From the NCBI GenBank assembly GCA_964035545.1, contig OZ037768.1:3752741-3816740 (forward strand): 64,000 nt of DNA, given 5' to 3'. Source of the DNA: Bugula neritina. Its lineage: Eukaryota > Animalia > Bryozoa. Below the pieces are notes generated by a model, which had not been told where the DNA came from, ran no database searches, and saw only the letters and a program-made list of their open reading frames with translations. The position numbers and the translations under genes were made by a program. Positions 1 to 11,500 of this stretch are shown in pieces (the first letter of the stretch is position 1; every line of letters starts with the position of its first letter).

Positions 1-270
1 TAGCTAGCTATGCCTGTAGCTAGCTGTACATGTAGTTAGTTGTACCTGTAGCTAGCTGTACATGTAGTTAGCTATACCTGTAGCTAGCTGTACATGTAGT
101 TAGTTGTACCTGTAGCTAGCTGTACATGTAGTTAGTTGTACCTGTAGCTAGCTGTACATGTAGTTAGCTGTACCTGTAGTTAGTTGTACCTGTAGCTAGC
201 TGTACATGTAGTTAGTTGTACCTGTAGCTAGTTGTACCTGTAATTAGCTGTACCTGTAGGTAGCTGTACT
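1..270. repeat. 16-bp minisatellite (TGTAGCTAGCTGTACA / TGTAGTTAGTTGTACC variants)
   Basis: Visible tandem array with two alternating unit variants; truncated by the window start. Confidence 0.92.
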
Positions 271-1520
271 TAGAGCAAGGAAAGTAATGAGAGTACTATC
301 AATATTCAAATAACATGGGAGTTGCTTTCTCTTTGCTACATACAATCGGATCTAATGACCTTGAAACTTGTCTGTGGAAGTAGATTTATATAAAAGTTTC
401 ATTTGTACTTCTAATAAGTAATAATTCTAATGGCAGCTACTAAATTTTCAATTTATTTAAATCACCAATTATAAAATTTCAATCTAATGAGTTAATATTT
501 ATATATATGAACTTTACCTATTTTGAATTATTCAGTGTCACCACTAATTTTGAATTTGACAGTATAAAGTGAAATCATAAATTTGAAATTTGGAAAGCTT
601 GAACTTGGGAGTAGCTGCCATTTATTACTAATATATTTGTGTGGCATTAATTTGTTTTCATGGAAAGATGCAGTTGAATTCTGGGTTCTGATTGGTTTAA
701 AGTTTGGGTGCCAGGCACAACTGCCTCACCTTGCCTTCACCTTGTTGGGTGAACAACTTCCTGAAAACCTTGAATTGACCAAAAACAAGTTTTTTACTCT
801 TCTATTAATTACAGTGGGCTTATATTTAAAGTCAAAATCCAGGAGGAAAGTTTTGATAAAATTTGCAAAAAAAATATTTTAATTAGTGTTCAAATTAGCC
901 AAAACACTTTGACTTGCATTTTTTTTGTTTTTGTCAATTAATGATAATGTGACTCAGTTTTCCTGCATAACTGGGAGAGGTTGTGTCGTAAACTAATTTC
1001 ATTTTGGTCAATCAAGTTCGAGTGTACCCTGATTTCTGAAATAAGTAGTGGCACTCTCTCAGTTTATAAATAGATTTCTGCGTTCAAACTTGAACAGGAA
1101 AAGTTCCTGACAAATTTCCTTATTTGTTTAAAATGCACAACTTTAATTGAGACATGGAAATAGCTGCTAGAAATCACCACAGCCGAGTGGTGACAATTCT
1201 CTGAGTTACAGAACTGTCAGTCTTCCTATATAATGCAGGTTTACAGTATAATTGTTTATAAAGTTTAAATGTATATTCTTAAAACAAAACTGTAAGGCGA
1301 AACCAAAAACTGAAACTGAGTCAAGTAAACATTTACACTCTGTATTCCACCCACAGTTAGCTTTCACTATCCAAGTTCACCATCCTTGTTTTTTAACTAA
1401 GTTCTCTAATTTAATAATGAGAGTTTCCTTATCACCTTTCTTGTTTACTGTCCCTAGTTGTATAGCAATCATATGCCGGCATCGTTAGTTTGATCCCGGT
1501 GCCAATGTTATCACATTTGA

Positions 1521-1672
1521 GAGCAGTAGTGCAGTAATGGAGATAGTCTTAGCTCTTTAATTTTCTTGATAAATTTTAGTTTGGCGCAAGGGTTGAAATT
1601 CTTGCGAGAACATAAATTATTTTGCTACATTTCTTATCTAGAACACAGACTTTTCTCAATTTTTCCATTACT
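1521..1672 (-). mobile_element. MITE family 1 copy, reverse orientation, degenerate ends (CDK intron)
   Basis: GGTTGAAATTCTTGCGAGAACATAA...TTTGCTACATTTCTTATCTAGAACACAGACTTTTCTCAATTTTTCCATTAC is the reverse complement of the family core. Confidence 0.7.
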
Positions 1673-1868
1673 TTAGTTGCTTTGGAGATTCTGCCTGTTC
1701 AAACATTTCTTAGTAGAACTAATTTACATTCACCTGCACCCAGAGCCTAAATGTGGTGATGTAATGACTTTTGTGTGTTGAAAAAAGTTTCTGCAGTAGC
1801 TACTTGACTTGGTATGTGCTCCATAGGTATCACCTGATGTGTTCTATAGATATCGCCTGATGTTGTAG

Positions 1869-3361
1869 ATCTACACATTCTCTATGCTTCTGACGTCCAC
1901 AGTGGTTACTCTGTGGTATCGAGCGCCCGAGGTGCTGATGCAGGATGCGTATGGAGCCGCGGTGGATCTCTGGAGTCTTGGTTGTATGTTTGTGGAGATG
2001 TTAACAAGACGACCTTTGTTCAATGGCCAGTCAGAAATTATGCAACTCCAAAAAATATTCTCGTAAGAACAGCTTTCAGTTTTCACAGTAGTTCCCTGAA
2101 TATTTATGTGATGACTGTAACATGCCTGTTGAATATCCATTTATTTGAGTCTGCTTATTTTTGCAGTTTTCTGCAGTTGTCAGCCTTTCTAGAGCATAAT
2201 TTATGTCTGCTGAAAATATAATTTAATAAGAGACAAACACATCCATGAATAACACATGATGATTGTCTTGATGAGTTGCTTGTTGAGGTCAAATAGTTGA
2301 GTGATCTTTGTTCAAGTGATGAAGGCTGCCACAATCATATCCATTCCCTTGTACTTTCAGAATAATTGGTTTACCTGATGAGCAGGACTGGCCTCCCAGG
2401 ATATCTCTACCTCGATCTTCATTTCCATACAGTCCTCAGATCCAGATGGAGGACATGGTACCTGAGCTAACAGACCCCCACGGCCCCCCTCTTCTTGAGG
2501 TACAACATAGTCCCTAGTCTACTATCTCCTATGAATTATTACTTCTTAAGAGCAACAGCTGTGTTGATATTGAACTTTTTATATGTTTATATACCTGCGC
2601 ACTCTATTTGGACTATAACTATATAGCCGTTAAGTATGGAATCTGACCAACAAACTAGGCAGAAAATTAATAATTTGGATATATAACAAAGTTTGTAAGA
2701 TATGTCAAATAACTTAATTTATGTTGATTTTTGTCCATACAAAGATATGAATGGGAGATTATTATGGTTACATTCTTGCCTTCAACTATTTGAATACTCT
2801 TCTGCTCTTACTTCATTTCGTTTTATTTGTTTGAGTCTCGCAAAAAAAATTATTTCTGTTTGGGTTCCTCTTGTTTTGACGTGTAAAATATAGATTCACA
2901 TACTTACCAGCTCATCTAATTATTTTGAATGTTTGCAATGTTAATGTGTTTTGCAACAAATATTTTATTCTGGCAAGTGAAAGAACGAATATCTGTTATC
3001 AATATGCCAAATGAATATTACCGAGAAATTTGCTGTTTTTATTGTCACTACACCCACTAGCTAGTGCTAGTAGAATCTGGCATTGCCTTCATTTCACTTC
3101 CGTTAGATTCACAAAAAGTATTATGCTTTGTTTTTACCATCAACTCCACCAAAGTTACAAAGTGCAGTCCGAGTGTGTGGTCACGTCACATCTGTTGACA
3201 TGCTGTGTGTGTGCTTGCAGATGTTACTCAAGTTCAACCAATACGAGAGGATCACAGCCAGTTCAGCTTTAGCCCACCCCTATTTTGCTGACCTACACCA
3301 AGACAGTGCCAACGAGTCACCATCCAACGACACAGATGTCTCAACTGCTCCAGTTTCTTGA
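1869..3361 (+). CDS. CDK6: CDK4/6-like cyclin-dependent kinase, last three coding exons (5' part outside window)
   Basis: Exons 1869-2062, 2361-2499 and 3221-3361 join in frame over GT-AG introns: [76 protein letters not shown]...[13 protein letters not shown]...stop. This matches kinase subdomains VIII-XI, and the [16 protein letters not shown] and IGLP.E.DWP segments are typical of CDK4/CDK6. An invertebrate gene would probably be co-orthologous to both. Confidence 0.85.
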
Positions 3362-4086
3362 ACATTTGCATTAATTTCAGAGGTCAAAGGAAAACTTAAA
3401 CATTCATAGTCATGGAGCTATTAGTTAGGATGTTAGACGACTGTATGCTTTTAGGTTTTGTAGTTAAATCACCTTGTTATAAGTTTTATATTTTATTTTA
3501 TTCAACCTGTTTTACAAGTTAATGTGCAATTGTGAGAATTCCTAATGATGAAATAATTATAGATCAAACACCAATATCTGCAAATGCAGCTATGAATGAT
3601 TGTTTATATACTATCTTTTTACATGGTAGTTTAGTTTTAAGTTAGGCAATATGCATTCAGGTTATTTTGTCCAGTAGCCTGCTATATTACTATATCCATG
3701 GTATCTCATAATATCTCATTACAAATATATTGTGCAGTTTCAGTTTGAATTTCACAATACAGCATTCATCGTAGATATTGGATGAAAATTGTAGATTTAA
3801 TGAAAGCTATTGGAATGTAACTTAAAAACTAACAATTATTGTATTGTAAAACTCAGGAACAGCAATATGCACCTAGACTTATTTACATCACATATGAACA
3901 CCTATAATGGCAATCGGTACAAAAATATTCATCTTCTCAGAATTTATAAAGAGTCCTGTGAAAGACTCTACAAACTAGCTAAGTTTGAATATATAGATTA
4001 TGTACAAAAATGAGCAAAAAACAATTTACAAGCAATTAGGTTGTCTAAAGCAGCAAATTCGAGCTCCATTTTTATTCATCATTTAG

Positions 4087-7000
4087 CTACTCGTCCCAGT
4101 GTAAGAGACTCAAAAGGTTAAACCTCTCCATTTCTTTCAGCACCTCTATGATGGATTGTTTACAAGCTGGCACCTTTGACTTGTATGATTTCATATTATC
4201 AAGTTTGTACCAGTGATCCAACACAACCTCTACAACTTGACATTTATACCGCATGCTAAATTCATCAATCATCTTGATGTCTTCAGCCCCTATGTGCATG
4301 ACTTTATTTGTGAAAGTTTTCCAGCCAGGTCCCTGAATGATGTCATATTCATTGAGGTGTAGTTGGAAGCAAAACTTCTCTCTCTCCTCTCTGGTCATGC
4401 CCAACGGACAATCGGGCTCCGCGTCCGGATTAAATGTATATTTTAATATTTTTTTTAAGAATTCCCCAAAAGTTCTTTCCACGTTATCATTGGGGTATTC
4501 GGGTGCAATATCGAGAGTTTCTGGTTGAGCAAGATCTGGTTGGTTGAAGAATACCGACACACATGGCCTATCGTACACCCTCCGACGTTGTCTAGGTGTT
4601 GGCTTAGCTAGCTCCAGCATGCCTGGCTTAATGTACACAGAATCAACAAAGTTTTTAAACCTTGGTGATATTTCTTTTCGAACAATCTGTTTGAGTTTGT
4701 ATGTTTTTACTATGTCACTATACTCATCATCTACATGGTCATATATAGACTCCCCACCCTCTGCTTCATAGAACCAGAATGGAGGGTCATTTAGTGCCGG
4801 TGGTTGGCCACAGTCATTGGTTTCAACTGGTGTAGGTGGAAGTGGTGGAAAAGATGGAGACATCAGTTGCTGTATCTCATATCTGTCTCCATTGGACAGT
4901 CTATAAGTGAAGGTTTGGCTGTGAGGTGTTTGCAGGGTGATGCAGTCTGGAGGGATGCTCTCATTCCATAAAACTTTAATTTGCTGTGCAAATCTTTTAA
5001 AGATGTTTTCTGTAATAATGTGGGATATCTATTAATATTACCATATAATTAGGTTTAGATGAAGCAACTTGACAATACATTGTCAATTGATATTTGAAGC
5101 ATACGAGCATTTCTTCAGCGTTTCTTTCTGAACCCGTTACAAGCAACAATATACAGTTGGCATACAAGAGTATACTGTGTACAGTTAGTATACAAGAGTA
5201 TACTGTATAGTTAGTATACATGAGTATACTGTGTAGTTAGTATACAAGAGTATACTGTGTGTAGTTAGTATACAAGAGTATACTGTGTATAGTTAGTATA
5301 CAAGAGTATACTGTGTAGTTAGTATACAAGAGTATACTGTGTGTAGTTAGTATACAAGAGTATACTGTGTATAGTTAGTATACAAGAGTATACTGTGTAG
5401 TTAGTATACAAGAGTATACTGTGTGTAGTTAGTATACAAGAGTATACTGTGTATAGTTAGTATACAAGAGTATACTGTGTAGTTAGTATACAAGAGTATA
5501 CTGTGTACAGTTAGTATACAAGAGTATACTGTGTAAAGTTTGTATGACAGGCTCAAAAGTAATATGATAGAATACATTGCATAATATAATATATTATACC
5601 ACATTAAATAAGACATTATATTATACACTATAATATAATGCATTACGTCATATAATAGTTCTAAACATAATATATTACAGGATGTAATATATTACAGGAT
5701 GTAATATATTACAGGATGTAATATATAACAGGATGTAATATATTACAGGATGTAATATATAACAGGATGTAATATATCACAGGATGTAATATATTACAGG
5801 ATGTAATATATTACAGGATGTAATATATTACAGGATGTAATATATTACAGGATGTAATATATTACAGGATGTAATATATTACAGGATGTAATATAAGATG
5901 TTACATTAGAACATATTGTATGCCACGTTACACTTATTAAAAACCACCACTCATGTAGATGAATCTGCTAACTACTTTCTAAGAGTAAGTTACCTAGTAG
6001 ATACTTCCATCTCATGTATGGCATATATCTACAGCAACAAATTACTTCTACTTGGTGAAATGAACACCCATTCCTTACCCTGTGAGAAAGCACTGCAGAA
6101 ATGTGAAACACTACTCTCATCCAGTTCATCTCTCGAACCATCGTCTTGTGATAACGCAATGTAATGACCCCAGATCTGCAGCTCAGATACACTTGAATCT
6201 GAAATAGTTTTATTATACAATTAAGATTAGATTGAATGAATGGAGCGCAGTAAAACCCATCCCAAGGTCTCCCAAAGTTGTAATCTGAGCTACGTGTTTG
6301 TACAGCAACTTCCTCGTGATAATTAAGCCAATATACCCTTTCCCTTACAAGTCCCACCAACACTCATTTACAGTTAGTTGAAATGTACAAGCCATGAAAA
6401 GGAGATAATTAGAAAATAATTTTTTTGCCTAGAAATGATTTTTATATTTAGCAGCTCAAGATTTGTATTTGAATTTATCAAAGTCAAGAGCTGTTTAAAA
6501 TATTGGTATCTTCAAAAGCTGCTTTTAGTTCAACTGCAAAAAAGTTATAAATTTGGCTAGTTCCCCCCCCCCTTTAAATTTTCACGAAACTTGGTATAAA
6601 TTTATTGTTCACTGTATAATAAACGGACTTTAGCAGTTGGTAATAATTTTTGCTAAAATACCAATTGAACTTTTGTAGAGATTAGATTAGATTGAAACAA
6701 TAAGCTGATATTTGAAGAGTTCATGCAACGTTTACACAATTATTTTCGTAGAGCTCAGATGTTTTAAATAGGAAATGTAATTCCAAATGGAATTAAACCA
6801 GAACTTTATTCAACGTGAATTATTATTAGAATTATAAATATCTTATTGAAGGATGACAAGTGCTACATGTCCACTGTGCTATTTGTATATAATATGACAG
6901 AAATATTCTCTCCTGTCTAGGCTAACCAGTCACTATAGCTTTACCAGTCAGTGAAGTCACTATAGCAATCTGCACTGTAGCAAGTTGTCAACAGTTGAAG

Positions 7001-8516
7001 TCAAGCTTCCTTTTTGTAATGATATCATTTCTGACAACATTATTCACTCTTCCATGGGTTATACAAAAGCTATAGTCATTACAAAATATCTAGATTAGCT
7101 ACAATCAAAGAAATTCCACTTATCCAAGACAATAATTGCCCTCTACTAGGACAACTTACACTAGACTAGACTAAGATTTGAATATATCTTTGTATGCAGT
7201 TTCATGAGCAAATAGAGGGGAGAGTGGTACAACACTGAGCTGCGACACTGTGCTCAATAGAAAGCATATACTCAACACACCTCTATTTTCACTCCTCAAC
7301 TGAAAATTGTGACATAGTTTGGTGAGCTGTAATTTGAGTTGTCTGACGCAGTTGAAAGAGGCAGGTTTGTCCTTGTCTCGTAACACGAGATGTCTCCAGC
7401 CATTGCCCTCACAATCCTTCCATAGCAGTAAAAGACATAGCCGGTGCTTGCTTTTACTACAAGCAATACTATTAATTTACAAGAACACAACTAGGGCAGG
7501 TTTATAGTCACTATCCCTGTGAGAAACCCTGATAAAACAGTTATTTTAAAGCGGCTAATTCATATGTGGCACAGGAGCAGTTGTGACTGGATGCTTTTTC
7601 TAACATCACCAATGGCCTTTACTAGTGATTGAACCCATGGCCTTGTGTTTACTAAGCCAATGCTCTAACTCCTAAACGGACTGCTCCCTATCAGCTTTCA
7701 AGAACAAGTTTTCAGACTTACCACACAAAGGTGACTAGAAAAAAACTGTAAACTGAAGGCAGAAAAAGCCGAAATATTAATATTACATAAACAACTTGGG
7801 GCTGTAAAAATAAAAAGATCAAACTGAACCACAAACCAGATGCAAAAAAAAGAATATTGCGATTTTAATTCGCAGATATTTCTGTAGCTTTTGAGCTCTT
7901 GATAACTCAGTAAACAGCAGGCTGAGGGCTTACAAGGGTTTACGTGAAGCCAGTTGTGTTTATCCTGAATGAGTGTTGGGAGTTTAAAAGAGTGCAGAGA
8001 ACTAGAGGTAAGTAGCAGATTAGTGCAAGATAAGATTACAGCTGCCAAATTCATAGGATATGCTGACATTGATAATATCCAAGGACTTATAACACATGCT
8101 GATATATCTAAGGGCTTATAACACTTGTTAATATGGTATGAAAACAGAATAGTCTGTGTACCAATAAAATATTTCTGCTAGCTATAATCAAGATATCTGG
8201 TGATTTTGTTAATACAAAAAAAACGTTTGCTCATTATTCTACCACTAAAGCCAAACCTTGAAATGTCACACATGTGTCACAAAGGTCAGGCTACTTACAA
8301 TTTGACATTTTTCACAATAGCTGCTCCTATATATTTGAGATTTATTTTCTCAAATAGTTCATCATGCCTATCCGTCTTTAATATGTGAATTTTAAAACCT
8401 CTAGCTTGATCCCTGTGTGTGAACAGTTCCACTGTGACCTTCGGCTTTGGTGACCTGCTCACCTCTACATACTCAAGTTCACATTTGTGAACTAGCCGAA
8501 AGCCGTCTTCGGTCAT
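4087..8516 (-). CDS. Paralogue A: putative PH/PTB(Dok/IRS-like) adaptor with C-terminal death domain, ~478 aa
   Basis: Exons 8516-8299, 7456-7281, 6198-6079 and 5009-4087 have canonical GT-AG sites, phases 2/1/1, and stay open throughout (1437 nt). Homologous exon by exon to paralogues B and C. AATAAA on the minus strand at 4071-4076 lies just after the stop. Gene structure is well supported; domain names are inferred. Confidence 0.85.
5162..5535. repeat. 26-30-bp minisatellite (AGTTAGTATACAAGAGTATACTGTGT)
   Basis: Tandem array in intron 3 of paralogue A; each unit contains the inverted pair AGTATAC/GTATACT. Confidence 0.92.
5670..5895. repeat. 17-bp minisatellite (ATATTACAGGATGTAAT)
   Basis: About 13 near-perfect units with internal inverted pair ATTACA/TGTAAT. 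Confidence 0.93.
7574..7688 (-). mobile_element. tRNA-derived SINE-like relic (intron 1 of paralogue A)
   Basis: Minus strand reads GGGAGCAGTCCGTTTAGGAGTTAGAGCATTGGCTTAGTAAACACAAGGCCATGGGTTCAATCAC..., with degenerate A-box (AGTTAGAGC) and B-box (GGTTCAATC) at tRNA-like spacing, followed by a non-tRNA tail. No intact cloverleaf. Single copy in the window. Confidence 0.5.
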
Positions 8517-11500
8517 TTTAAAAGAACTTACAAGCCTAGTTTACCAGTCATGTGTAAACTACAAATATAAACCATACATTATAAATTGCTATATAGTACT
8601 ACTAGTAGTGTGATATGATAAGGACTTTATACAAACTAAAATAATTAGACAAGGTATCAAATTCAAATAAAACAAAATGAAGTCAAAATTACTATGCATG
8701 CCCTTAATTAAAGGAAGCGACTGCTTTCCTCTATTCAGCCTATTGGGCCCTAGGAAAATAAAAAATATGAAAAAAGCTGAACAGAAAAACTATGTTGTAT
8801 GCTAGAAATAGATTTGCTGGTTAAAGAATAATTGCAACAGTGTGTGAATTTTTAAAAAGTGTTCACTCAGTTTCAGATAATTCAATTTAATAGGAAATGA
8901 ACAAGTTCCAGCACATTTACTAGAAAGTATGCATAGTTATAAAGCATTATTGATAAAATTAGTCATTTAAACCTATAAGTGTAAATAAATAAATTTATTC
9001 TATAAACTATTGTGGATAACAATGCCCATCTATCTTTAATTAACATGAATAACTTATTTTGTATTAAACAAGCTGAAAATAACACAAAAACTAAATAAAA
9101 TTAAAAACTCACATATTTTAGAGTTCCCATAACACTAACAATAATCTTGTTTCACCACAAAAAATTAAATAATTATAATCATAGAAAAATGTTTGACGCT
9201 GATAATGGCATAAGATTTTGCAGAAATTTAAAATATAAACCTAGTTCTAGGACGGCTAGGACTTTACTCAAAATGTTAGCTGATTCTAGCAAGACTGTCA
9301 GTTGAATAATTGTTTAACTTTTCACAGCAATTACATGTTGCCATCTAGTCTACAATCTTGCATGGAGCCCCAAGGCCCCACATCACTATGGGAGGTATTT
9401 TGATGAGGTTTGCCAGACACAAGTGAATTTCAGTGCTAGAATCTGGTATTTATTCATCTCCCATTCTTTTTCTTTCACTCAGTAGGTTAATGATATGGCC
9501 AAACTAGTTCCTATTCCTTCATGAACCTACACAGTTCCAGTGAACTATTAAAGCCACACAGCAATGTTTTAGTATATTTCCCTTGTGTTAGCTTGCTGGA
9601 TATATCCATTACATTTTCATCTCTTACATTACACATCTTGCCACTTGGCTCTTTCATCTACCTTGCCACCTTCTATTTCCTTCTATGGAGCACCATTTAA
9701 CCATACACAAACGAATTCATTTAGAACAATTTCACCTTTCTATACCGCAAAAGTTGTTTTTTTCAACGCATTTATTTATACAAGTCAAGTATAAACTTGG
9801 TAAGTCTCAAGTATTTTAGTAAAATAAAAAGTATTAGATGGGGGAACTTTCTTGAATACATTAATTTAATAAATATAAATTACTATATTGTGAAAAATTG
9901 AGAAAAGCTATTAAACTGTAGGCTACAGTGTAGAATAATATGCCTTTACAGTTATCATCATATAAGTAATTGTAATGACTCATGACTAAGTACCTTGAAT
10001 CATGGGAGTGAAATTGAATGAGTATCAACCAGTAGATATATTACTATGACTACCAGTTTTTGTATTACAGAGAGTTATACATTATAACTAGCGGTTATTA
10101 TTACTGTAAGTATAAGATAACTACCATCAAGTATAAATATTAGTAATAGTTTGATTATGTCATTTATGAATGCAATATCATGATAATAATTGCAAGTGTA
10201 ACTATCTACATTACTTATGAAACGGTAAATGCTTATACTGTAATATGAGTAGAATGAGATAGGTGATGAGATTAGGTATCAGTATCACTATTATTATGAT
10301 TATGTTTATGCCTGAATTCTGATTACGATCCTGAGCAACTTGAGCTTAAGTTTAACTTAAAGTAGGTAATAGTAATATATTGAGTGATATTCTGTCAAAA
10401 TGAGCCGTTAAATATAATTTAAAGTGATCAATAGTAATAGTTAGAAATTAGTTTAAATATAAAACCAATACCATTATACTTATAGATAATTGCAACCATA
10501 GTAACATTAGGTGAGTATGATTGTCATTAGATCCAATATAAGTACTCAGTAACAATACTAGTATATCTTCCTGTAAGTGCATAGATTGAATAATAGACAC
10601 TGTCATATTCACTAAATCTAATTCTAATCACTAATCAGTAATCACTATTGGTGAATACAATTATTGAATAAAATTTAATATTATCATTATGACTTTGAGT
10701 TATCACCAACAGTAAGACTCCAAAGACAAAACTCAATCATGACCATATTCATATTGATATTGGTATTCAATTTTATATGGAATAATTATAGTTATACTTA
10801 TTGTATAGCTTGAACTAAAAGACAAACAGTAAAAAAGTTAAACTAGAACTAGAAGTAATAGTAGTACAAGCACAACTAATAGTAATAGTAATACTGTGAG
10901 CTAAATTTTAATGAAATTAAATAATAAAATTAAATACAATAATTAATAAGTCTTAGTCATTAATCATTATGATTACGAATAAGTGCATACAATTACATTG
11001 GTCATCAATACAGCTGAAGTTGTAGCCCAGTCATAGACTATTTACAGTCAAGAATATGATAAAATTTGGGTTTGACATAGCAATAGTATTAGTTATAGTA
11101 GCAGTAATTTCCATAACAACTTAATTGTTAGTTGGTGTTCAGTGGCGGAAGCTAGCAAGTAGGGAGCAAAGCAAGGCCTTCAAGTACAAGTGCGATGTTT
11201 CAATGTAAATAGGACAACTCTAAAGTAAACAAAGAAAATAAATAGAGAAAGTAACTCTAAAGTATGATATTGCTACTCTCATTGATATATAATTGTAACT
11301 AATTTTGATTCAGTGGTTATGCACCAGTGCTAACCTGTGTCTTTTGTTAGTCAATATTAATTATAATATAATTTCTTTTCAGCATCTTTAGTTTCAGTTT
11401 TGTAGTAAAGAGTATTAGCAAAGTTTTTGTGATGCAATGGTGAAAATGGTTGATATTTTTGGTAAATAGTATTTTACTTCCAGGATTTTTTTTTATCATA

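Noticed and set aside
5162-5895. Regularly spaced palindromic repeats as a possible CRISPR array
   Set aside because: Head-to-tail units without unique spacers, in a eukaryotic intron, with no cas genes.
5994-6028. Possible 35-nt micro-exon (AG...GT bounded; YMPYMRWKYLL in one frame) in paralogue A
   Set aside because: It is out of phase with exon 3 (gives an immediate stop), would need a 50-nt intron, and has no counterpart in B or C. Exon 3 splices cleanly to 5009.
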